Below are positions 17,136 to 24,856 of a DNA stretch of 30,152 nucleotides, piece by piece. Numbering within the stretch: the stretch's first letter is position 1; the number at the start of each line of letters is the position of its first letter. Made by a program: the position numbers and the translations under genes. The stretch comes from Candidatus Omnitrophota bacterium (GTDB taxonomy: Bacteria; Omnitrophota; Gorgyraeia; Tantalellales; Tantalellaceae). The notes under the pieces are model-generated. The model had not been told where the DNA came from. It saw nothing but the letters and a program-made list of their open reading frames with translations, and did no database searches. The stretch is taken from the NCBI GenBank assembly GCA_013204685.1, contig JABMSC010000132.1, positions 1-30,152 of the forward strand, written 5' to 3'.

Positions 17136-18424
17136 ATGGGACAGGTAACGGTGCTGGTAGGAGCTCAGTGGGGCGATGAAGGAAAAGGTAAAGTAATAGA
17201 TGTGCTTACCGAGGGCGTGCAGTATATTGTCCGCTATCAGGGTGGTAATAATGCCGGGCATACCGTTGTCATAGGGGATAAGAAGTATGTTTTGCACCTT
17301 ATTCCGTCGGGGATCCTTCATGAAGGAAAGATATGTGTAATCGGTCACGGTGTTGTGGTAGACCCAAAGGCGGTTATCGATGAGATAGAACTTCTCAAGT
17401 CACAAGGTATAAGTGTTGAGGGCCGTTTGAAAATAAGTGATAAAGCGCATATTATCTTTCCTTATCACAATAAGATAGACGAACTTCGTGAAGCCAAGCG
17501 CAAGAAAGGTAAGATAGGTACCACAAAAAAGGAATAGGTCCGTGTTATTCCGATAAGGTGGGGCGCGTTGGTATACGCATGGCGGATCTGTTCGATGAGG
17601 AATACTTCCGGGAAAGACTGGAGAAGAACATTGAAGAGAAAAACGCGGTCCTGAAGGATTTGGGCGGATTTAAAGGGTTTTCCGCGGATGAGATCCTGCC
17701 GGAATATGTTAAATATGCCGCTTTACTTAAAGAATATATTTGTGACACTACCTTACTTCTGAATGAGGCTCTTAAGAAGGGTGAATCGATCCTTTTTGAG
17801 GGGGCGCAGGGCACCTTTCTGGATGTAGATTACGGGACTTATCCGTATGTGACATCTTCTAATTCTACCGCAGGAGGAGCATGCATAGGGGCAGGTATAG
17901 GCCCTTCACGTATCGACAAGGTGCTTGGTGTGGTCAAGGCTTATACCACGCGGGTAGGAGAGGGACCGTTTCCTACCGAGTTCGGGCCTGAGCTCATGGA
18001 GAAAATCCGGCAAAAAGGCGGAGAGTTTGGCGCAACAACAGGCAGGGCCCGTAGATGCGGATGGTTTGACAGCGTCCTGGTCAAAAATTCGGTTCTTATC
18101 AACGGAATGGACAGCGTTGTAATAACTAAACTGGATGTGCTTGATGAACTGAAGACCATTAAGATCTGCACGGCGTATAAATATAAAGGAAAGACATATA
18201 ATAATATACCCGGTGATCCCGGTTTTCTTGACAATTGTGAACCTGTTTACGAGGATCATCCTGGATGGCAACAGGATACCTCTAACATAACATCGTATGA
18301 AGATCTTCCCGAGAATGCCCGCAAGTATATTGACAGGATGCAGGAGCTTATCGGGACGGAAGTAATGCTTGTTTCGGTAGGTAAAAGCCGAAAACAGACC
18401 CTGGCTTATAAAGATTTGCAATAA
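17136..18424 (+). pseudogene. purA: Adenylosuccinate synthetase split by a single -1 frameshift at 17525-17531 (error, mutation or recoding unresolved)
   Basis: The 5' ORF has '[11 protein letters not shown]' and '[11 protein letters not shown]'. After 'IGTT' the -1 frame reads '[11 protein letters not shown]', then 'FEGAQGTFLDVDYGTYPYVTSS' and 'GATTGRARRCGW'. One extra A restores a full-length gene. Confidence 0.88.
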
Positions 18425-18457
18425 AAGGGCGTGGAGCAATAGAAAAAGAAGCCGTTC

Positions 18458-18486
18458 TTGACTTGATTAAAGGGCGGTGTTATAGT
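18458..18486 (+). promoter_or_regulatory. Putative sigma70 promoter for the OmpA-domain lipoprotein gene
   Basis: TTGACT (18458-63), 17 nt, TATAGT (18481-86) with an extended TG. Confidence 0.65.
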
Positions 18487-18517
18487 CATTATAGATAAGG
18501 GTATAGGAGATAGTATT

Positions 18518-18601
18518 CAGTAGTCAGGAGCGTGCCCCGTTAAAAGCTTCAAAGAAACCTATAACGGGGCAGGCAGAATGAAGAAGGCGCGCCCACTACT
18601 G
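18518..18601. repeat. Family C element (18535-18569) inside a host hairpin CAGTAGT..GCGTGCC / GGCGCGC..ACTACTG
   Basis: GCCCCGTTA...TAACGGGGC inverted arms, with outer complementary arms at 18518-36 and 18586-601. Confidence 0.7.
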
Positions 18602-18629
18602 CGGGTTCAGAACTAAAAAGGAGGGTGTT

Positions 18630-19280
18630 ATGCGGATAAAGAGATATTTGATGTCTGGTACTCTGGTAATAATCGCATTAAGTGTATTCACTTCCGGATG
18701 TGCGGTGAATTTTTACAAACAGAGCCCCCGCAGTAAAAGAAAGATAAATGAATTACAGGCCCAGGTATATGGTCTTGAAAAACAGCAGGCGGAGGAGCGC
18801 AAGCGCTTTGAGGAAGCTAAACGCATGCTGGAATCAAAATTCCGCAATGAGATCAGGGATCAGAATATTTCACTGACAATGGATGAGAGAGGTCTCGTAA
18901 TCATATTATCCGACGATATTCTTTTTGACTCAGGAAAAGCTGATCTGAAAAAAGGAGCTTTTCCGGTCCTCAATAATGTCATAGCTGTTATAAAGAAGAA
19001 GGTTCCTAATAAAGATGTAGGGATAAGCGGTCATACCGATAACGTTCCGATAAAATATTCTAACTGGAAGACCAACTGGGAACTTTCAACAGCCAGGGCA
19101 ACCAATGTTCTTTATTACCTGGAGAAAAAAGGTATTTCACCCGCTAGACTATCCGCAACCGGGTATGGTGAGTATAGGACGATAGCTTCAAATGATACCG
19201 AAGAAGGCCGTGCCATGAACAGAAGAGTTGAGATCGTTATTTTGCCTGAATTTCCTGTGAAAAAAGAGGGCATAAAATAG
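18630..19280 (+). CDS. OmpA/MotB-family peptidoglycan-binding lipoprotein with a coiled-coil linker
   Basis: Lipobox 'FTSGC', a coiled-coil segment, and an OmpA_C domain: 'ILFDSGKADL', 'ISGHTDNVPI', 'NWELSTARA', 'GYGEYR', 'NRRVEI'. Confidence 0.88.
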   Translation: MRIKRYLMSGTLVIIALSVFTSGCAVNFYKQSPRSKRKINELQAQVYGLEKQQAEERKRFEEAKRMLESKFRNEIRDQNISLTMDERGLVIILSDDILFDSGKADLKKGAFPVLNNVIAVIKKKVPNKDVGISGHTDNVPIKYSNWKTNWELSTARATNVLYYLEKKGISPARLSATGYGEYRTIASNDTEEGRAMNRRVEIVILPEFPVKKEGIK

Positions 19281-19295
19281 CAGATAAGATCATCT

Positions 19296-19350
19296 AAACA
19301 CGGGTTGGCACGGATTTTTTTTGTGAATCCGTGTTAATCCGTGTTTTTTT
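19296..19350 (+). repeat. Decamer-based inverted repeat (20-bp stem) followed by a T-run; possible intrinsic terminator
   Basis: AACACGGGTT-GGCACGGATT pairs with (AATCCGTGTT)2 using G-U wobbles, followed by a T-run. Confidence 0.65.
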
Positions 19351-19360
19351 AGGGATATAT

Positions 19361-20059
19361 ATGACAAAACTTCCGAGACATATTGCCATAATCATGGATG
19401 GTAACGGCAGGTGGGCCAGGGAAAAGAATCTTCCCAAGATAATGGGACATCGCCGGGGTGTGGAGATCGTGGACAGGACAGTTGAATCTTGCGCAAAGCT
19501 TGGGATAGGGTATCTGACTCTTTACACATTTTCGACAGAAAACTGGAAACGTTCGGGTGAGGAAGTGTCCGCTCTTATGAAGCTCCTGGAACAGGCAGTG
19601 AAAGATAGAGCTCAGAAACTGAAGGAAAATAATATACGGTTCAATGTTATAGGGCAGCTTGAAAAGCTTCCCAAACAACTGGTAAGTGGACTTGAAAGCC
19701 TCATTGAAGATACTTCCGGAAATTCCGGGATGGTTTTAAGCCTGGCACTCAGCTATAGCGGGCGTCAGGAGATCGTTGATGCCGTAAAGAAAATATGTAC
19801 TGATTATGAAGGGAAAGGAAGGGACGTTTCTTCTTTAGATGAGGAAAATTTCGGGAAGTATCTTTATACGTCCGGACTTCCGGACCCCGACCTTATGATA
19901 CGCACTTCAGGTGAGATGCGTATAAGTAATTTTCTTTTGTGGCAGCTGGCGTATTCCGAATTTTACGTAACGGATACTCTCTGGCCTGACTTTGATGAAA
20001 GCGAGCTTAATAAAGCGCTGGAAGCGTACTCGAGGCGCGACAGGAGATTCGGTGAATAA
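19361..20059 (+). CDS. uppS: Undecaprenyl diphosphate synthase
   Basis: 'HIAIIMDGNGRWA', 'GHRRG', 'YTFSTENWKR', 'PDPDLMIRTSGEMRISNFLLWQLAYSEF', 'RDRRFG'. Start moved to ATG 19361. Confidence 0.97.
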   Translation: MTKLPRHIAIIMDGNGRWAREKNLPKIMGHRRGVEIVDRTVESCAKLGIGYLTLYTFSTENWKRSGEEVSALMKLLEQAVKDRAQKLKENNIRFNVIGQLEKLPKQLVSGLESLIEDTSGNSGMVLSLALSYSGRQEIVDAVKKICTDYEGKGRDVSSLDEENFGKYLYTSGLPDPDLMIRTSGEMRISNFLLWQLAYSEFYVTDTLWPDFDESELNKALEAYSRRDRRFGE

Positions 20060-20864
20060 GTTCATCAAAAGAACTATTGTTACTTTCATGTTACTTGGCG
20101 TTGTCGGCATTTTTGTGTATCAGGTTCCGAATTGGGTGTTTTGTCTTTTTATCGCGATGTTTATAGGTTTCGGGCAGTTCGAGTTCTTCCGCATGGTTGA
20201 AAACAGGGGCATCTTTGTTTATAAGTATTTCGGAACAGCTGTCGGCATTCTTATTCCTATTGTGATATTCATGGCAAAAATGCTGCCTGAGATAAAGAAC
20301 CTGGAACCCATCTTTATAGTTGTTGCAAGCCTCTTTGCCCTTACGATGCAGTTTACAAGGCGCGATAATGCCCGGGATCACTTGATAAGCACCGCCCTTA
20401 CTCTTTTTTCGCTTTTTTATATAGCCTGGTTCTTTTCGTTTTTTGTGAAAATAAAAGCGCTGGAAAACGGTGCAAATCTTGTAGTTTTTCTTGTGCTTGT
20501 GACCAAAAGTACCGATATCGGGGCATATATTATAGGAAGCTGGTTCGGGAGGACCGAGCTCATTCCAAGGATAAGCCCCAAGAAAACCAAGGAAGGCACT
20601 CTTGGGGGCATAGTTTTCGGTATCATTGTAACTGTTATAGCCGGCAGATTCCTTACCTCCTTTTCGACTATTCACCTTATTGTTTTAGGAGGCATCCTGG
20701 CACCGCTGGGACAGGTGGGGGATCTGGCAGAGAGTCTTATAAAACGTGACTGTAACATGAAAGACTCCGGGACGTATCTTCCCGGGATCGGCGGCGTCCT
20801 TGACGTGATAGACAGCCTTCTTTTTACGGCGCCTGTCTTTTATTATTATGTGAAGACATTTTAG
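20052..20864 (+). CDS. cdsA: Phosphatidate cytidylyltransferase
   Basis: 'TDIGAYIIGSWFG', 'ISPKKTKEG', 'GDLAESLIKR..KDSG..LPGIGGVLDVIDS'. GTG start at 20052 overlaps the uppS stop, with AGGAG RBS. Confidence 0.94.
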   Translation: MNKFIKRTIVTFMLLGVVGIFVYQVPNWVFCLFIAMFIGFGQFEFFRMVENRGIFVYKYFGTAVGILIPIVIFMAKMLPEIKNLEPIFIVVASLFALTMQFTRRDNARDHLISTALTLFSLFYIAWFFSFFVKIKALENGANLVVFLVLVTKSTDIGAYIIGSWFGRTELIPRISPKKTKEGTLGGIVFGIIVTVIAGRFLTSFSTIHLIVLGGILAPLGQVGDLAESLIKRDCNMKDSGTYLPGIGGVLDVIDSLLFTAPVFYYYVKTF

Positions 20865-20897
20865 GAACCAGTCGTCAGAGGTAAAAATTCAAAAATT

Positions 20898-22049
20898 ATG
20901 AAAAATATTGCACTCCTAGGATCAACGGGCTCTGTCGGCAGGAATGTTTTAGATATAGTAAGGCATTATCCGGATGAGTTTCGCGTAAGTGCTATTTCAA
21001 GCAATGAGAATATATCTCTCTTAGCGGAACAGGCTGAAGAATTTAACCCTTCCGTTGTCGCCATAGGAAATGAGGCGTTTTATCCTGAACTAAAAAATAA
21101 AATATCGGGAGACAGTAAAATCGCCTCAGGGGCTGAAAGCCTTGAAGAGATTGCATCAGATGATAGTGCGGATATTATTTTTATGGCGATCTCAGGGACA
21201 TCAGCCTTGAAACCCCTTATTGCGGCTCTTCGAAAAGGGAAAACCGTGGCGCTTGCGAGCAAGGAGCCGGTAGTTTCGGCAGGTATGATAGTAAGGAAGG
21301 TAATGGAGGATAATAATGCCGGTATCATTCCTGTCGATAGTGAGCATAGCGCGATCATGCAGTGTCTGTCGGGCAGGGACAGCGGTGATGTCCGGACGTT
21401 ATATATTACCGGAAGCGGTGGATCACTTAAAGATAAGCCCGCATCTGAATTTGATTCGCTTACCACCGAAGAAGTTCTCAATCATCCTAAATGGGATATG
21501 GGCAGAAAGATCACGGTGGATTCAGCGACACTTATGAACAAGGGATTGGAAGTCATAGAGGCAAGATGGCTTTTTGATGTGCCGCAAGAGAGGATAAAAG
21601 TTCTCATTCACCCCGAGGCAGTTATTCACTCTATGGTTGAGTTTTCCGACGGAACGATCAATGCCGGCATGTTTTCGCCGGATATGCGTTTTCCCATACT
21701 AAGGGCATTGGCGTATCCTGAGATCCTGGAAAGTGATCTTCCCAGGGTGGATTTCAGCATGGTTAATACTCTTTCATTCCAGGCGCCTGACACAGAGAAG
21801 TTTCCGGCTCTCAAGATGGCATATGATGCTCTTGATGAAGGGGGCACGGTACCGGCCGTCTTGAACGCCTCGAATGAGGCTGCGGTGGGACTCTTCCTGG
21901 AGGGCAAAATAAAGTTTACCGGCATCATAGATATAGTCTCAAAAATTGTGGCGCTTCACAATAAAAAAGACGACCCGTCATTGGATGATATTATTAATTC
22001 TGAAAAGTGGGCCAGGGAGATGGTTTTTAAAGAGATTACGCGGATATAA
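20898..22049 (+). CDS. dxr: 1-deoxy-D-xylulose-5-phosphate reductoisomerase
   Basis: 'LGSTGSVG', 'PVDSEHSA', 'HPKWDMGRKITVDSATLMNKGLEVIEA', 'NASNEAAV'. Confidence 0.97.
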   Translation: MKNIALLGSTGSVGRNVLDIVRHYPDEFRVSAISSNENISLLAEQAEEFNPSVVAIGNEAFYPELKNKISGDSKIASGAESLEEIASDDSADIIFMAISGTSALKPLIAALRKGKTVALASKEPVVSAGMIVRKVMEDNNAGIIPVDSEHSAIMQCLSGRDSGDVRTLYITGSGGSLKDKPASEFDSLTTEEVLNHPKWDMGRKITVDSATLMNKGLEVIEARWLFDVPQERIKVLIHPEAVIHSMVEFSDGTINAGMFSPDMRFPILRALAYPEILESDLPRVDFSMVNTLSFQAPDTEKFPALKMAYDALDEGGTVPAVLNASNEAAVGLFLEGKIKFTGIIDIVSKIVALHNKKDDPSLDDIINSEKWAREMVFKEITRI

Positions 22050-22050
22050 G

Positions 22051-22346
22051 GGTAAGAAGCAGAGAGGTAAGAAGTAAAGAAGTAAGAATTGAGGGCAAGG
22101 CATCATCTCCGTCATTGCGAGGAGCGATGTGGGATAGGATGGTGAGCCGAGCGACGAAGCAATCCCAATACCGGGCGAGCCCCGTTAGAAAAAGATTTTC
22201 TAACGGGGCGAGCAACAAGGAGAGCGAGCTCACGACCACGAACCACCCCGTTAGAAATTCCAAAGGATTTTCTAACGGGGCACGCGAACCATGGCCCGTT
22301 ACAAATTCCGGAGAAATTTGTAATGGGCAACGAACCACGACTAACG
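22051..22346. repeat. Repeat mosaic: purine-rich 7-8-mer tandem (22051-90), CGTC-type REP (22110-22166), three family C elements (22180-22208, 22246-22280, 22294-22328) interleaved with ACGAACC-like heptamers
   Basis: CGTCATTGCGAGGAGCGA...GAGCGACGAAGCAATCCC; CCCCGTTAGAAA..TTTCTAACGGGG twice; GCCCGTTACAAATT..AATTTGTAATGGGC. Confidence 0.85.
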
Positions 22347-22420
22347 ATTTGTGTAATCTTAAGTTGTTGCTAAAATCGAAGAAATCAATGTAATCATTGT
22401 TATTTAAGGAGGATTAAACT

Positions 22421-23536
22421 GTGTTAACTTTAATTGTAGCTTTGATAGTTTTCAGCGTGCTTATACTCATACACGAAGCGGGGCATCTTGTCGTTGCTAA
22501 ACGTATAGGAGTTGATGTCGAAGCCTTCTCGCTGGGGTTTGGGAAGAGGCTCTTCGGTATAAAGATCGGCGGGACAGATTACAGGGTTTCTTTGCTGCCC
22601 TTTGGCGGGTATGTGAAAATGGCCGGCGAAGATCCGTCAGAAGCCAGCGGGCTGGAAGGGGAACTGAGCTCCAAGCCGATTGGGCACCGTTTCTGGGTGG
22701 TAGCGGCCGGGGCTATTACGAATTATATTTTCGCTTTTATACTATTCAGCATCATTTTCATGATAGGCGTGCCTACGCTTTCAAATAAAGTGGGCCAGGT
22801 TCTCCAGGGATATCCGGCCGAAGAAGTCGGTATGGAAGTAGGGGATGAGATACTCTCGGTGAACGGTAGGACGATCCGGTATTGGGAAGATATCGTGGAT
22901 GCAATTAAAAATGAGTCAAAGGGAGAAGATGCTTTAAATATTGAAATAATGCGTGGGGAAAAAACGATCGACTTCAGGGTCCAGCCTAAGATCTCAACCG
23001 TAACAAATATATTCGGACAGACTATATCACGCCCGATGGTTGGTATTGCCCCTCAAAATGAGATATTATCCGTTAAATATAACCCCTTGCGTGCTATATA
23101 CCTTGGAGGTAAAAGGCTCTTGGTCCTCACCGGTCTTACATATAAGGGTCTCTGGCTCCTTTTAACAGGGGGTATGCCGGTAAGTACATCGGTTTCCGGG
23201 CCTATCGGGATAGCAAATCTGATGGGCCAGGCTGCTCGTTTAGGCTTTGTGCCACTTTTAATAATTACTGCTCATGTGAGCATGGCACTTGCGGTTTTTA
23301 ACCTCCTGCCGTTCCCGGTTCTTGACGGCGGGCATATTCTTTTTCTCTCCATGGAAAAACTTCGCGGCCGTCCATTGAGCATAAAAATTCAGGAGATCAT
23401 TACGCAGGGTGCTCTTATTCTGCTGATCCTGTTTGCCTTATTCGTTAGCTGGCAGGATGTGCTTAAGTTTACGCCGCTTGGGAAGAAGATAGGGAACAAT
23501 CGGGTTCAGGATGTGGCTCAGGAGCCAGAAAAATAA
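22421..23536 (+). CDS. rseP: RIP metalloprotease RseP with one PDZ domain
   Basis: HExxH 'HEAGH', 'PFGGYVKMAGE', PDZ, 'SGPIGI', 'NLLPFPVLDGG'. GTG start with AGGAGG RBS. Confidence 0.95.
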   Translation: MLTLIVALIVFSVLILIHEAGHLVVAKRIGVDVEAFSLGFGKRLFGIKIGGTDYRVSLLPFGGYVKMAGEDPSEASGLEGELSSKPIGHRFWVVAAGAITNYIFAFILFSIIFMIGVPTLSNKVGQVLQGYPAEEVGMEVGDEILSVNGRTIRYWEDIVDAIKNESKGEDALNIEIMRGEKTIDFRVQPKISTVTNIFGQTISRPMVGIAPQNEILSVKYNPLRAIYLGGKRLLVLTGLTYKGLWLLLTGGMPVSTSVSGPIGIANLMGQAARLGFVPLLIITAHVSMALAVFNLLPFPVLDGGHILFLSMEKLRGRPLSIKIQEIITQGALILLILFALFVSWQDVLKFTPLGKKIGNNRVQDVAQEPEK

Positions 23537-23538
23537 AA

Positions 23539-23578
23539 TTTTTATTGGATCCCCGCTTTTGAGGGGATGACATATTTT
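23539..23578. repeat. Family B short palindrome
   Basis: TTTTTATTGGATCCCCGCTTTTGAGGGGATGACATATTT, with the same flanks as 10078-10130. Confidence 0.75.
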
Positions 23579-23582
23579 TATT

Positions 23583-24656
23583 ATGATTGAACGCAGAAAA
23601 ACCAGGACAGTAGATGTTGGCGGAGTCAAGATAGGATCGGATTATTCCATAAGTATCCAGTCCATGACAAAGACGCAAACGCAGGATGTAGCTGCTACTT
23701 TATATCAGGTGCGCGAACTTGAAGAGGCGGGATGTGAGATCGTGCGTGTGGCCGTGAAAGACACGGATGATGCGAAAGCCATTGGTTCTATTAAGAAGGA
23801 AGCAAATATTCCGATAGTGGCGGACATACATTTCGACTATCGTTTAGCTCTCGAGGCAGTTAAGCGGGGCGCAGATAAGATAAGGATCAATCCCGGGAAC
23901 ATATCAAGCCCTGAGGATATAGACAAAGTCATCGATGCAGTTGGTGAAAAAAATATCCCCATAAGGATAGGAATAAATTCCGGTTCTTTGATGGATGTTG
24001 TTTCGGGTCAGGGTGAGACATCCGACATGATGACAGCTTCCCTGTTAATATATCTTGAAAATTTTCAAAAAAGAGATTTTCATAATATTGTGATATCATT
24101 GAAGTCATCCTCTGCAGGTGCTACAGTGGAGGCGTATAAAAAAATGGCGGCTAAATGTGATTATCCTTTTCATGTTGGAGTTACTGCTGCGGGGTCTCCG
24201 GAGGAAGGAATAGTTAAGTCGAGTGTTGGTATTGGTGCTCTCTTACTTGAAGGAATTGGGGATACCATTCGAGTATCTCTTACCGGAGATCCATGCCAGG
24301 AAGTTTATGCCGCGAAACAGATACTTTCTTCTTGTGGATGCAGATCCTTTGGCCCTGAAATAATAGCCTGCCCCACTTGCGGGCGCTGCCAGGTTGACTT
24401 GGTTCCTATAGTTAAGGAGCTAGAAGAGGAACTCACTCAGATCGCGGTTCATAGTTCCAATGATCCGGATAAACAGTTAATAATAGCCATAATGGGTTGT
24501 GAAGTTAACGGCCCCGGGGAAGCGCAGGCAGCTGATATAGGGATAGCGTTCGGAAAAGGTAAGGGTGTGATTTTCCGTCAAGGTGAAGTGGTAAAGACGG
24601 TAGGGGTATCGGAAGCCGTTGGCGAGCTTTTGAAGATGATTAAAGAAGAAATATAG
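23583..24656 (+). CDS. ispG: (E)-4-hydroxy-3-methylbut-2-enyl diphosphate synthase
   Basis: 'IQSMTKT', 'VADIHFD', 'RINPGNI', 'IRIGINSGS', 'GDTIRVSLT', 'CPTCGRC', 'MGCEVNGPGEA'. Confidence 0.97.
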   Translation: MIERRKTRTVDVGGVKIGSDYSISIQSMTKTQTQDVAATLYQVRELEEAGCEIVRVAVKDTDDAKAIGSIKKEANIPIVADIHFDYRLALEAVKRGADKIRINPGNISSPEDIDKVIDAVGEKNIPIRIGINSGSLMDVVSGQGETSDMMTASLLIYLENFQKRDFHNIVISLKSSSAGATVEAYKKMAAKCDYPFHVGVTAAGSPEEGIVKSSVGIGALLLEGIGDTIRVSLTGDPCQEVYAAKQILSSCGCRSFGPEIIACPTCGRCQVDLVPIVKELEEELTQIAVHSSNDPDKQLIIAIMGCEVNGPGEAQAADIGIAFGKGKGVIFRQGEVVKTVGVSEAVGELLKMIKEEI

Positions 24657-24661
24657 ATCAT

Positions 24662-24839
24662 AAATCAGAAATTCTAAATACGACACCGTGTTATACCTGA
24701 TACTACACTTACAGGGGCCGCGAGGCCAAAGGACGAGCGAAACAAATCCGAAATACGAATGTTCCAAACCCCAAAAACCATAGGTAGTTGACAGGAACAT
24801 TTAATATCGTTATTGAGCATAGCGTTGATTTCGAATCTT
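24662..24839. repeat. Degenerate AAATCCG-type heptamer array interrupted by a ~55-nt insert
   Basis: AAATCAG-AAATTCT-AAATACG ... AAAC-AAATCCG-AAATACG-AATGTTC-CAAAC, with a weak complementary remnant GATTTCGAAT near 24828. Confidence 0.5.
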
Positions 24840-24856
24840 AAGAGAAGGAGAGCCAT

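Noticed and set aside
18487-18629. 6S RNA, SRP RNA or riboswitch
   Set aside because: It lacks the SRP helix-8 motif and the 6S closed long stem with central bubble, and the inner stem is a dispersed repeat. An Infernal scan would be decisive.
18630-19280. Flagellar stator motB
   Set aside because: It has a lipoprotein signal rather than a TM helix with the conserved Asp, and there is no motA or flagellar context.
22036-22393. ORFs 22036-22338, 22112-22330 and 22115-22393
   Set aside because: Translations of stacked repeats (PLE..LTG / PVR..SNG patterns) with no RBS or domain motif.
24788-24816. sigma70 promoter for proS (TTGACA at 24788)
   Set aside because: The -10 position at 17-nt spacing reads TATTGA, which is too weak to call.
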